From NCBI GenBank assembly GCA_031961395.1, contig JAVRLO010000001.1:1-51491 (forward strand): a stretch of DNA of 51,491 bases, written 5' to 3'. Below the pieces are notes generated by a model. The model ran no database searches, had not been told where the DNA came from, and saw nothing but the letters and a program-made list of their open reading frames with translations. Each line of letters starts with the position of its first letter. The stretch's first letter is position 1. The position numbers and the translations under genes are program-made. Shown here in pieces: positions 9,531-18,498 of this stretch. The DNA comes from Thermoplasmatales archaeon I-plasma. Lineage in GTDB: Archaea; Thermoplasmatota; Thermoplasmata; Thermoplasmatales; GCA-001856825.

Positions 9531-10042
9531 ACATAGATGCAATAGTGGTAGTAGATATGATAAATGTTTTTGTGAGCGGGAAAATGGGTTCTCCAAGGTA
9601 TAGGAATATTCCCTCCAATATTAGGGATGTTATCACTAAACTAAAGAAGGAAGTTATACTGGTGCAGGATAGTCACACCCCTGATGACTTTGAAATCAGG
9701 ATATGGGGGCTTCATGCAATGGAGGGAACTTTAGAAGCAGAAACAGTCCCCGAACTTAAAGGATTGGGAACTGTCGTAAAGAAAAGAACGTACGACGCTT
9801 TCTTTGGAACAGACCTCGAAAAGATGCTGAAGAAGATAGGTGCTAAAAACATACTATTCTGTGGCCTGGTGACAGAGATATGCATTCAAAATACTGTTGC
9901 ATCAGCTTTTTACAGAGGCTTTCAACCTATAATCATTAGAGAATGTACTGATTCATCTGACGATTTCACCAAAAATTATGCTCTATCATATATGGAACGT
10001 ATTTACGGGGCAAAAATAATATCCAGAACTGATATCAGCTAA
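9521..10042 (+). CDS. pncA: Isochorismatase-family hydrolase, probable nicotinamidase
   Basis: 173 aa with IVVVDMINVF, the catalytic Cys context GLVTEICIQNT, and a position immediately upstream of NAPRTase. Confidence 0.7.
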   Translation: MVVDIDAIVVVDMINVFVSGKMGSPRYRNIPSNIRDVITKLKKEVILVQDSHTPDDFEIRIWGLHAMEGTLEAETVPELKGLGTVVKKRTYDAFFGTDLEKMLKKIGAKNILFCGLVTEICIQNTVASAFYRGFQPIIIRECTDSSDDFTKNYALSYMERIYGAKIISRTDIS

Positions 10043-10044
10043 AG

Positions 10045-11202
10045 ATGAAGAACATCGCGTCTGAAGAAGATATTAAAAATCTAAAGACCACAGATATTTA
10101 TTTCTGGAGAGTTAATGAGATACTTCGTTCTACTGGCGTTGATCCTAGAGTAGTTATGGAGATCACTTCATCCAGCAGAGATATCCCATGGATAGTCCTG
10201 GCAGGTCTTGATGATCTGGTAGATATATTGAAAGGTAAGAACATTGATGTATACTCATTGCCAGAGGGCACTATATTCCCGCCCAAGGATATCAATGGTA
10301 TTCCTATTCCAGCAGTTAAAATTTCAGGCAGGTATTTAGATTTTGGACCCTATGAAACACCTATTCTTGGCTCATTGTCACAAGCTTCAGGCATAGCTAC
10401 AAAAGCGTCGTATTTTAAAAAATTAATTGGTAATTTACCTCTTCTTTCAATGGGAGCTAGAAGGATGCATCCTGCCCTCTCTCCATTAATTGATAGGAAT
10501 TCATTCCTTGGAGGCTGTGATAAAGTATCAAGCGTTATAGGAGCTGAAAGAATTGGAAAGACAGCAGAAGGGACTATGCCCCACTCTCTTTTGCTCATAC
10601 TTGGTGAGGAGGAAGGATGGAAGATGTACGACAAGATAATAGATCCTAACGTAGGGAGAATAGCGCTCGTGGATACATATTGTGATGAAAGGGATGCTTC
10701 AGTTCGGGCGGCCAAAATAATAAAGGACCTCAGTGCAGTAAGACTAGATACACCTTCGTCCAGGCGAGGTAATTTCCCGGATATAATCAGGGAAGTAAGG
10801 TGGGAGCTTGACAGACATGGTTTTAAAAATGTAGGGATAATAGTATCAGGTGGGATTAAGGAAGAAGATATCAGTGAACTGAAGGAAGCAGGAGCTACTG
10901 CCTTTGGAATAGGAACAGCAATTTCCAGCGCACCTGCAATAGATTTTGCTATGGATATTGTAAGCATAGAAGGGATGCCCAAGACAAAAAGAGGAAAATT
11001 TTCAGGTGAAAAAAATGTTTTCAGATGCCCTCATTGTCATAAATTCCTTGTAAGTACAAGGGAAGAGGAAATTTGTCCTTTTGATAATTCTCCAATGGAA
11101 AGTATGTTTAAGAAGATAATTGAAGGCGGTAACGTAAATTACAAAGAGGACCTTGATAAGGAGAGGAAATATGTAATTGATCAGCTGGGATGGATGCAAT
11201 GA
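10045..11202 (+). CDS. pncB: Nicotinate phosphoribosyltransferase (archaeal/Thermoplasma type with C-terminal Cys/His knuckle)
   Basis: 385 aa with a type II PRTase barrel (GTMPHSLL, VRLDTPSS, IIVSGGI) and a C-terminal CPHCH...CP segment. Confidence 0.8.
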   Translation: MKNIASEEDIKNLKTTDIYFWRVNEILRSTGVDPRVVMEITSSSRDIPWIVLAGLDDLVDILKGKNIDVYSLPEGTIFPPKDINGIPIPAVKISGRYLDFGPYETPILGSLSQASGIATKASYFKKLIGNLPLLSMGARRMHPALSPLIDRNSFLGGCDKVSSVIGAERIGKTAEGTMPHSLLLILGEEEGWKMYDKIIDPNVGRIALVDTYCDERDASVRAAKIIKDLSAVRLDTPSSRRGNFPDIIREVRWELDRHGFKNVGIIVSGGIKEEDISELKEAGATAFGIGTAISSAPAIDFAMDIVSIEGMPKTKRGKFSGEKNVFRCPHCHKFLVSTREEEICPFDNSPMESMFKKIIEGGNVNYKEDLDKERKYVIDQLGWMQ

Positions 11203-11771
11203 TACTTCTAACAGGTTTTAAACCATTTTCTTCATTCAAAAAGAATCCTTCAGGTGAAATAGCAAAATTGCTGGATGGTGCATATTTCAAAGGAGAAGAA
11301 GTAAGAGGAATTGAGTTAGGAGTCACACACAGAGAATTGGATGACTACGTAAAAATGCTAAATGAGAATTATTCACTTATCCTCAATACAGGTCTTGCTG
11401 CGGGTAGATCATATATTTCAGTAGAAGTGATAGCAGTGAACTGGCAAGGTTCAGAAATGGACGAAGAAAAATTTTCTGCTAAAGAAGGTAAAATAATTGA
11501 AAACGGCCCAGATGGGATTTTTGCGAGAATACCGTTTAAAGAAATTGTTCATACATTAAGATCAGACAGGATTCCGTCAAAACTTTCTTTTACAGCAGGC
11601 ACATTCCTCTGTAACAAAATATTTTACCTATCTCTCCTAAACTCATCATCAAAAGCAGGATTCCTGCATTTCCCTGCAACTGATGAAATTTCTATAAATG
11701 GAGAATATCCATCTATGAATATTGAAAAAATGATAAAATCTGTTGAGCTGACTATTGAAAAGACTATATAA
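11199..11771 (+). CDS. pcp: Pyrrolidone-carboxylate peptidase (pyroglutamyl peptidase I)
   Basis: MILLTGFKPF...NPS N-terminus and catalytic Cys in GTFLCN. The ATG at 11199 forms an ATGA overlap with the pncB stop. The track start at 11190 is an alternative. Confidence 0.85.
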   Translation: MILLTGFKPFSSFKKNPSGEIAKLLDGAYFKGEEVRGIELGVTHRELDDYVKMLNENYSLILNTGLAAGRSYISVEVIAVNWQGSEMDEEKFSAKEGKIIENGPDGIFARIPFKEIVHTLRSDRIPSKLSFTAGTFLCNKIFYLSLLNSSSKAGFLHFPATDEISINGEYPSMNIEKMIKSVELTIEKTI

Positions 11772-11921
11772 TTATTGCCCACCCCTCTTTTCCCTAGCCT
11801 TTAGTCTAAGCTCTTTACTTCCGCACTTTCTGCATTTTGTCGCTTTTATAGGGTTGGACGCATAGCAGTTCATACATATTTTCTTATTGAACAACCTATC
11901 CATTGCTTCTTTAAATGGCAT
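11772..11921 (-). CDS. rpl40e: 50S ribosomal protein L40e (eL40), not in the ORF track
   Basis: Hand translation gives [49 protein letters not shown]. It has a CxxC...CxxC zinc ribbon, and its size and basic tail are typical of archaeal L40e. Confidence 0.85.
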   Translation of the reverse strand: MPFKEAMDRLFNKKICMNCYASNPIKATKCRKCGSKELRLKAREKRGGQ

Positions 11922-12081
11922 TTTATCAGTATTAGAAAGCTGTATAAATTTTCTTCTGTTCCAAAGATGGACTTCCTCCTTGTCCTTGTATAATTAATAC
12001 TCTAATTAATTTATATTCCAGATTATATCACCACACACTAAAATTTGTGATTGCAGTTATAAAATATGATTCAAAAAAACT

Positions 12082-12291
12082 ATGTATTTACAGTTAAAAC
12101 TAAATATAGATAATTTATCGCGTATTATGGAAGAGCTTCTGGTACACTTTGATATATTTCTAGATGATAAAAAATATGTGGCAAAAGTAAAAAGTGAAAT
12201 GGGTGGACTTAGAGAGTTTTCAGCAAGAAACATAGAAAAATTAATGGAACTAGTTGTGGTTGATATAAGCGAGGAATTTGAAAATCTCTAA
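12082..12291 (+). CDS. Small hypothetical protein (69 aa), possibly HicB/UPF0150-like fold
   Basis: Its TAA stop (12289-12291) lies 1 nt before the ATG of the next gene. The segment FDIFLDDKKYVAKVKSEMGGLREFSARNIEKLMELV fits the HicB-N-like pattern only loosely. Confidence 0.4.
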   Translation: MYLQLKLNIDNLSRIMEELLVHFDIFLDDKKYVAKVKSEMGGLREFSARNIEKLMELVVVDISEEFENL

Positions 12292-12292
12292 G

Positions 12293-13252
12293 ATGAAAGA
12301 TTATTATTCGGTAAGTGACATAGAACGTTTTGCTTATTGTCCATTAAATTTTTTACTGTATCTTGAAGGTGTTGATGTAAAGTCAGAAAAAGGGGAGAAC
12401 TATCATAAAAAAATTATAGATAGGCTAAGGGGAAATATACTAATAGAGAAGAGAGTTAATATTTTGAACAATGTGTTCTATGTTCTGGCTATCCTTGCAA
12501 TTGCAGCTATTTTATTCTTTTTCTATTATACAATGATCGGTTCATTGGATTACTTATTTTTGCTGTCACTTTCTATTTTTTCCATATATATTGCATCTTG
12601 GTTTTATTTACTTTCAAATTTTTTTAATTTTTCGCTGTTCAAGAAAGCGGATTCAATTATTTTGTATCTTATTTTCTTTTCACTTTTTGTCCTCTTTTTA
12701 GCGTTAATTGTTTTCAAAATAAAATACATAATTTTGCCAATTCTGATTCTAAGTTCTGATATGCTGCTATTAATCGCGGCAATAGCATACTATGCATTGT
12801 TAAAGGATATTAAAATAATAGATAAAATTCCCCAAGAAGAGAGAGATATAAAGTATATAGATAGTTACGGGTCCGAGCTTCTCAGAAGTAAGGAGTGGAG
12901 AATACAGGGCAGACCGGATATTATCGCTGAAATCAACGGAGAAATTGTTCCTATAGAAATTAAAAGCAGTAATATGCCTAAAGTAAAACCCTTTTCTCAC
13001 GTCATGCAACTCACTGCTTACTCCATACTAGTAGAAGAGAAATATGGGAGAAGAGTTTATTATGGCATCTTAAAGTATCCTCAAGGGAATATGGAGATAG
13101 AAATTGATGAAAATTTGAGGGAAACATTGAGATCTTTAATAAAAAAAATGGATATTGTTCTATCGACAATGACAGCGCACAGAAATCACAATAATCCTGG
13201 AAAATGCCAGGGTTGTTATAGGAAGGATTATTGTCCTGAGTCTCTCGTTTAA
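12293..13252 (+). CDS. Cas4-family (DUF83, PD-(D/E)xK, 4-Cys Fe-S) nuclease with an internal four-TM insertion
   Basis: N-terminal SVSDIERFAYCP and GENYH are followed by about 110 aa in four hydrophobic segments. After these come RPDIIAE...VPIEIKSS (D...ExK), QLTAYSILVEE (QxxxY) and C-terminal CQGCYRKDYC (CxxCx5C). The track start at 12278 is a TTG; ATG 12293 is preferred. Confidence 0.7.
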   Translation: MKDYYSVSDIERFAYCPLNFLLYLEGVDVKSEKGENYHKKIIDRLRGNILIEKRVNILNNVFYVLAILAIAAILFFFYYTMIGSLDYLFLLSLSIFSIYIASWFYLLSNFFNFSLFKKADSIILYLIFFSLFVLFLALIVFKIKYIILPILILSSDMLLLIAAIAYYALLKDIKIIDKIPQEERDIKYIDSYGSELLRSKEWRIQGRPDIIAEINGEIVPIEIKSSNMPKVKPFSHVMQLTAYSILVEEKYGRRVYYGILKYPQGNMEIEIDENLRETLRSLIKKMDIVLSTMTAHRNHNNPGKCQGCYRKDYCPESLV

Positions 13253-13299
13253 ATCATAATTATTTTTATTAAGAAAACATAAATAGATTAAGAGTTTTA

Positions 13300-14259
13300 T
13301 TAAAATTTTATTTCAGTATGATTACAAGCCGATTTCTGTGATAAAAGAAGTATCCTTGTAGATACTAGGCCTGAATTACCATCCGCAATGTATTTGCCAG
13401 GTCCTACGAAGTCTTGAACTTCCTGGACGTACATATTATTCTTTCCATTATATTTGGATATCTCTACACCATCTTTGTATAATACTGAAGATACAACAGT
13501 GTCATAGGCATTGGTGAGTCTTAACGTTCCTTTCTTCCCTATAACTATAAGATCGTTGTCCTGCGATGATATTTTCCTTGAGGATAGAGAATTTCCTATA
13601 ACATCGTTTTCAAATTGTAACATTATAGAAAACGTATCTTCAATAACCTTGCATTCTGGGAAATTCTTTGCATAGATATATTTGATTTTAGAACTAACAA
13701 GATTAGTGAAACTGTCTAATACATGAACGCCAGTCCCTACAATTGAGCCCCCGCCTGCCTGATCAGGTATTCCCCACCAAGAGTTCGAAGGGAGAGCATG
13801 TAATGATAGATGCGTCCATTTCCCATACATTGAAACAATATCCCCTAGCTCTCCTGAATTAATTATTTCCTTAGCCTTTTGTATTCCTGGATGAAATCTT
13901 AGATGAAAACCTATACTCAGTCTTAGGTGCTCTCTTTCTGATAACTCCACAAGCTCTTTTGACTCCTCTTCTTTCAGGGTCATGGGTTTTTCTAGAAGAA
14001 CATTTTTACCTGCATTCAGAGCCATCTTAGCATGCTTATAGTGCATGTAATTCGGTGATGATATGTATACAGCATCCATATCGTATTTCATAAATTTTTC
14101 TATGCTGTCAAAATACTCCGCCCCAAGATCCGTCGATACCTTTTCGCCCTTCAACCTATCTGACGAATAAACTGCACTTATCCTGTTACCGCTATCAATT
14201 ATTGCTGGAATCATTCTTGAAAGTGCATGATTCCCTAAAGAAACTATTCCAAATTCCAT
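13300..14259 (-). CDS. Gfo/Idh/MocA-family NAD(P)-dependent oxidoreductase
   Basis: 319 aa with an N-terminal Rossmann fold (FGIVSLGNHA), the EKPM motif and a C-terminal alpha/beta domain. Confidence 0.85.
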   Translation of the reverse strand: MEFGIVSLGNHALSRMIPAIIDSGNRISAVYSSDRLKGEKVSTDLGAEYFDSIEKFMKYDMDAVYISSPNYMHYKHAKMALNAGKNVLLEKPMTLKEEESKELVELSEREHLRLSIGFHLRFHPGIQKAKEIINSGELGDIVSMYGKWTHLSLHALPSNSWWGIPDQAGGGSIVGTGVHVLDSFTNLVSSKIKYIYAKNFPECKVIEDTFSIMLQFENDVIGNSLSSRKISSQDNDLIVIGKKGTLRLTNAYDTVVSSVLYKDGVEISKYNGKNNMYVQEVQDFVGPGKYIADGNSGLVSTRILLLSQKSACNHTEIKF

Positions 14260-14292
14260 AATGCATTAACCTTTTTTTCACTTTAACTTTTT

Positions 14293-15522
14293 CTAAGAAT
14301 TTCTGTTCAGATAGTTATAAATTCTGCCCATCACAAGTGGCTGTATTGTCAGCGATGTAAATATTATTACTATTATTATTGCTTCTATCGTTCTCCCCCA
14401 ATACGTGTAAAGCTGATTCCCTGTTGCCAGTCCAAAAATAAGAACTGTTGGTGCTAGAATAGCCGGAAATACCCCTCTAGTTCCCTCAAATCCCACGAAA
14501 ATCATATCCTTCAATTTTATTTCCCTATCTATAGAGCCTGCCAGTATAGTAGATATTGGCCTTATAACAAACAGTAGAAAAACTGCTATTATTATTCCAT
14601 CCAATATGTACTTCCAGATAAAAGATAAGTCAATAGAGGCTCCGAGAAATACAAATATTAGCACCACGAAGAATTGCGTTATATCATCCATAAATATTTT
14701 GTAATTTTCCATTTCGGCGTCCTTAGGCATTCGATTTCCTGTTAAGATACCAAAAATAGCTATTGACATATATCCCGAACCTCCAAATGCTAGAGTTATT
14801 GAATAAGAGGAAAGTCCAAAGAGGAGTATCATAGCTGTATAATAATTTTTGAAGTCACTCTGAAAATGCAACCTTAAACCCCGCATAAGGTAAAATAGTA
14901 AAACTGAAACCACCACTGGAATCAAAATTTGACTAAACAATACGTAAGAGAAAACATTCTTGATCTGAAATAGGGGTGATTCCAGTGCACTTATTCTCGA
15001 GGGTAAAAAAATTGCCAGTATTACTATTAGAAACATGTAAGAAAACGGGTCATTGAAGACTGATTCCGTAATTAGTATAGTTGACGGAATATCACCTACT
15101 TTATTTTTCCTTAGAGATGGTATTATAGATGCAGGATCAGTCGAAGAAATTATGGCGCCTATTATGAAGCCTACCCAGAGTGGGCTTCTAAGTATCCAGA
15201 TTGCAAAAAGTCCTATTATAATACCGCTTACAAACAGCACAAAAGTAATCATCGTTATAGTTGGTTTAATAACCCTTCTAAGAGTAAGTCGAGAAATTTT
15301 ACTGGATTCATCCAGTATTATGAAAGCTGCACCTATAGGCCCAATATAGTTGTAAAATAAATATGCAGCTTCAGCTGGTTTTATAAGATATAAGATTGGA
15401 CCGAATAATATCCCGAGTAGCAATAGATACGGTATGGAAACAGTACCTGTCACTCTAGCTAAAACTGTTGCAAGATAGCCTAGAATAAGCGCTAACAATA
15501 TCGGGATAAGGATTTCAGTCAT
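14293..15522 (-). CDS. Cation:proton antiporter (Na+/H+ exchanger, CPA1/NhaP-like)
   Basis: 409 aa, polytopic with about 11-12 TM segments. SSTDPASI and ITESVFNDPFS are typical NhaP motifs. Confidence 0.8.
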   Translation of the reverse strand: MTEILIPILLALILGYLATVLARVTGTVSIPYLLLLGILFGPILYLIKPAEAAYLFYNYIGPIGAAFIILDESSKISRLTLRRVIKPTITMITFVLFVSGIIIGLFAIWILRSPLWVGFIIGAIISSTDPASIIPSLRKNKVGDIPSTILITESVFNDPFSYMFLIVILAIFLPSRISALESPLFQIKNVFSYVLFSQILIPVVVSVLLFYLMRGLRLHFQSDFKNYYTAMILLFGLSSYSITLAFGGSGYMSIAIFGILTGNRMPKDAEMENYKIFMDDITQFFVVLIFVFLGASIDLSFIWKYILDGIIIAVFLLFVIRPISTILAGSIDREIKLKDMIFVGFEGTRGVFPAILAPTVLIFGLATGNQLYTYWGRTIEAIIIVIIFTSLTIQPLVMGRIYNYLNRNS

Positions 15523-15740
15523 TTTTACTGTATTGCATTTACAATAAACTTTTTTTCTACATTCATTTCAAGAATTTTGTTAAACTATCGAATATTCCTA
15601 ACACCTTGAAGCTTTTCAATTCAAGAATTATAATAGTATCAAACTTATTAAAAATGCCCTTGTTCTTATTAGTAAAACTTTAGAAGAATTATTTTAATAA
15701 CATTATTATAATAGAGTATAATAATTTAATCTATAAATTC

Positions 15741-15746
15741 AAAAAA
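15741..15746 (-). terminator. Oligo-T tract (T6 on the minus strand), candidate terminator of the r-protein/cbf5 operon
   Basis: The minus strand reads CAGGTTTTTTGAAT about 108 nt downstream of the cbf5 stop. Archaeal terminators are typically oligo-T tracts. Confidence 0.3.
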
Positions 15747-15755
15747 CCTGTAGAC

Positions 15756-15780
15756 CATGAAATATCATGAAATATCAATG
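15756..15780. repeat. Short tandem repeat, about 2.4 copies of CATGAAATAT
   Basis: Read directly: catgaaatat catgaaatat caatg. It lies in the cbf5 3' region / nhaP upstream region. Confidence 0.6.
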
Positions 15781-15853
15781 ATGCTAATCAACACCATAGC
15801 TAGTGATTAAATCTATGCAATATATGCAGGTTTTAGGATTGTGTCACTTAACG

Positions 15854-16744
15854 TCAATGCCCCGATTTCCACGCTTTCGGATAAATTCCTCTATCTATGA
15901 AAACGGCATCCGGTTTAATATAATCTTTCTCCCTTGTGCCCATAGCAAGAAGCTCTCCTTTAGTACTCATTATTCTAACAGTTGAACCTGTCCCATCGTC
16001 TTCTATTATCCCAGATCTATATACGTTTGATCCATGAGCCATGGCATCTATTGCACTATCCTTTATTGTTATTCGAGAGAAATTCATTGTGACGTCCTCT
16101 GGGTCAAGTATAAGCGAGGAAAGTAATTTTTCATCACCATCTTTGTAAAAGGTATATGCATCTTTTAACTTTTGGAGAGTTACCATGTGTGATTCGTCTA
16201 CTGGCCCGCTTCTAATTCTTCTGAGTTCTACCATATTTGCTCCAACCAGCATGGCATCACCCATGTCCCTACAGAGGGTCCTAATATATACCCCTGATTC
16301 CACGTTCGCTTTAAAAAGGATATATCTTTCCTTAACATCCAGTATTTTTAAGGAGTAAATTTTTCTCTTTCTTAGGTTCCTAGCAACGGCCGATCTTACA
16401 GGTGGGAATTGAAATATTTCTGTTGTAAACTCTCTAAAGATATCCTCTATCTTCTCCCTGGATATTTTTTTGTGAACTAACATTAATGCTACGTATTCCT
16501 TTCCTTCTTCATGAAGAAAATCAGCCAATCTTGTAGCTTTTTCAAGACCTATTGGGAGAACGCCTGTAACATTAGGATCGAGAGTTCCAACATGACCAGC
16601 TTTCTTTAAATTCAGAATAGATTTCACCCAGGCAGAAACTTGATGGGAAGTCGGGCCTTTTGGCTTATCTATTACTACAAAACCGAAATTTAGCCTTTCT
16701 TCAATAGTTCTTTCTTTCGGATCTTTTCCAAATATCCAGGCCAT
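15854..16744 (-). CDS. cbf5: tRNA/rRNA pseudouridine synthase Cbf5 (TruB family with PUA domain)
   Basis: VVIDKPKGPTSHQV and GHVGTLDPNVTGVLPI (catalytic Asp), with a C-terminal PUA region. The ATG is at 16744; the track start at 16747 is a TTG. Confidence 0.9.
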   Translation of the reverse strand: MAWIFGKDPKERTIEERLNFGFVVIDKPKGPTSHQVSAWVKSILNLKKAGHVGTLDPNVTGVLPIGLEKATRLADFLHEEGKEYVALMLVHKKISREKIEDIFREFTTEIFQFPPVRSAVARNLRKRKIYSLKILDVKERYILFKANVESGVYIRTLCRDMGDAMLVGANMVELRRIRSGPVDESHMVTLQKLKDAYTFYKDGDEKLLSSLILDPEDVTMNFSRITIKDSAIDAMAHGSNVYRSGIIEDDGTGSTVRIMSTKGELLAMGTREKDYIKPDAVFIDRGIYPKAWKSGH

Positions 16745-17267
16745 CAATTATTACCCCCACCACTTTTGCGGGATCCATATTTGAACTGTCAATTACTAAG
16801 TCATATATTGATAAGTCCTTAAAATCTATATTATAATATTTGATGTATCTTTTCCTTTCACTTTTCTCCCTTTCTAATATTGTTTCTGCTAAATTTTCAC
16901 TCTCCTCTTCTTTTCTTTCGTGTAAAGATAACCTTATTCTATTTAATCTGATTATTTCATCAGCAGTAAGGTAAATTTTGAAGGCATCTATATTATTAAG
17001 ATAACATAGCCAGCCTGATAACCTTGATTCCACAATAACATTGTCTCTAGACTTTAATATGGAAAGCAGATATGAGTCAAGTTCCTTATCAAACTCAGAA
17101 TCAATCTCTGCTCTTTTCCCCATCTCACTGAGGGGGATATTTCTCTCTTTCGCATAATTTCTAAATATAGTGCCTCCTGTAATCAATTCATACCCAAGAT
17201 TTTGAGATAATAATTGTGCTACTGTTGTTTTTCCACTTCCTGGAGGACCTGATATTGTTATTTTCAT
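16701..17267 (-). CDS. cmk: Cytidylate kinase (archaeal type)
   Basis: 188 aa with P-loop ISGPPGSGKTT, in the conserved adk-DUF106-cmk-cbf5 position. Confidence 0.85.
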   Translation of the reverse strand: MKITISGPPGSGKTTVAQLLSQNLGYELITGGTIFRNYAKERNIPLSEMGKRAEIDSEFDKELDSYLLSILKSRDNVIVESRLSGWLCYLNNIDAFKIYLTADEIIRLNRIRLSLHERKEEESENLAETILEREKSERKRYIKYYNIDFKDLSIYDLVIDSSNMDPAKVVGVIIDGLDIWKRSERKNY

Positions 17268-17947
17268 AATTTAGCACTTTCTTTTCTCATATTTCTGCTC
17301 AGATAGACCAATTTTAGGGAATATTGTAGAGGATAAGTGATGATTAAGCTGAATATCGTATAGAATGCAATCCATAAATAGAAACCAAAGTATAAATGCA
17401 TCAAATCTATTGAACCGAAGGGGGATAAAATTATTGCCCTGCCTATATCGTTAACTTTATCCATGAATCCTATCATCCATGCAAATATGAGAACGCTCAA
17501 TATGAGTGTAATAAATGTCGGTTTCATCTGTTGTTGAGTAACTTGCATAGATTCCTGCATGTTTTTATTTTGTTCGGCCCTTACTGCATCTATTTCCTGC
17601 TTATTTCTTGTCCTGATAGCCTCCCTATATCTTGCACTTAATATTTTGTTCTTGAATTGCATTTCGGCCATCTTGAAATAATCCATAAAGAAATGTCTGG
17701 CTACTGTGTTTACTATACCAGTAATAACAGAAGCAAGTAAAATTGTGTATAGAGGATACTGATAATTAAAACCTATTACAGGTTGAAGTATATAAATCAT
17801 GGGGATACTAAATAGATTCCTTAGTAGTGGTGTTGTATAAACAAATAACAAGAGAATCATAATAAAAAAGTAAATCATCTGTGTTTTCAATGATTTCTGC
17901 ATTGCTTCCATCTGTTCCTTGCTTTGTGCTGGCTGTGTCGCAGGCAT
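17264..17947 (-). CDS. DUF106/EMC3-like membrane protein (archaeal YidC/Oxa1-like insertase candidate)
   Basis: 227 aa with TM helices flanking a charged coiled region. It sits at the conserved position between adk and cmk in archaeal operons. Confidence 0.6.
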   Translation of the reverse strand: MPATQPAQSKEQMEAMQKSLKTQMIYFFIMILLLFVYTTPLLRNLFSIPMIYILQPVIGFNYQYPLYTILLASVITGIVNTVARHFFMDYFKMAEMQFKNKILSARYREAIRTRNKQEIDAVRAEQNKNMQESMQVTQQQMKPTFITLILSVLIFAWMIGFMDKVNDIGRAIILSPFGSIDLMHLYFGFYLWIAFYTIFSLIITYPLQYSLKLVYLSRNMRKESAKL

Positions 17948-18498
17948 TATTCCCTTCCTCCTATAGCTTCAACAATCTGTCTTGCTGCTTCTTGTTGTTT
18001 ACCGTTATCATTAATAACAATTGTAAAGAGGGAACCAGTTATTGCAGAATAAGAAATACCATAAACCCTGTTTACTTCCAGATGTCTTCTAATTTTGTCC
18101 AGCGAATCACCATCACGGTTTCTCTGCAAATCATTTTTCCTTCTCTCAAATATTTCTAGCGGGTCTGCTTCAATAGAGATAAAAATGTCTGGCTTCAGTA
18201 TCTCCAGGACATGAGGTGGTAGTCCCGGCAGAAATCCTTTAGGGGTTTGTATAGAAAAATGGGTGTCTATTACCACTTCATCCAGGCTTACTAAATATTC
18301 AGATGCCTTCGTTTGAATTTCCTTCTGGATTTCTATTGGCAATTTTCTAATTTCGTCTCTGGTTTTAACATACCCCATTTTCATAGCCTCTTTAAGCATT
18401 ACGTCACCATAATTCTCAACTCTTATACCCATCTTTGTGAGTTCGCTCAGAACTGTTGTTTTTCCAACACCAGGAATACCGCCTATGATTACTCTCAT
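17947..18498 (-). CDS. adkA: Adenylate kinase (archaeal AdkA type)
   Basis: 183 aa with P-loop GGIPGVGKTT, immediately downstream of secY. Confidence 0.85.
   Translation of the reverse strand: MRVIIGGIPGVGKTTVLSELTKMGIRVENYGDVMLKEAMKMGYVKTRDEIRKLPIEIQKEIQTKASEYLVSLDEVVIDTHFSIQTPKGFLPGLPPHVLEILKPDIFISIEADPLEIFERRKNDLQRNRDGDSLDKIRRHLEVNRVYGISYSAITGSLFTIVINDNGKQQEAARQIVEAIGGRE

Noticed and set aside
12293-13252. The Cas4-like gene as a marker of a CRISPR-cas locus.
   Set aside because: I saw no direct-repeat array and no cas1, cas2 or effector genes anywhere in the window. It is therefore treated as a solo Cas4-family nuclease.
15776-15800. An AATGATGC sequence as a C-box of a C/D box sRNA.
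   Set aside because: No matching D or D' (CTGA) boxes at appropriate spacing on either strand. Other spacers were also scanned without a canonical C/D arrangement.
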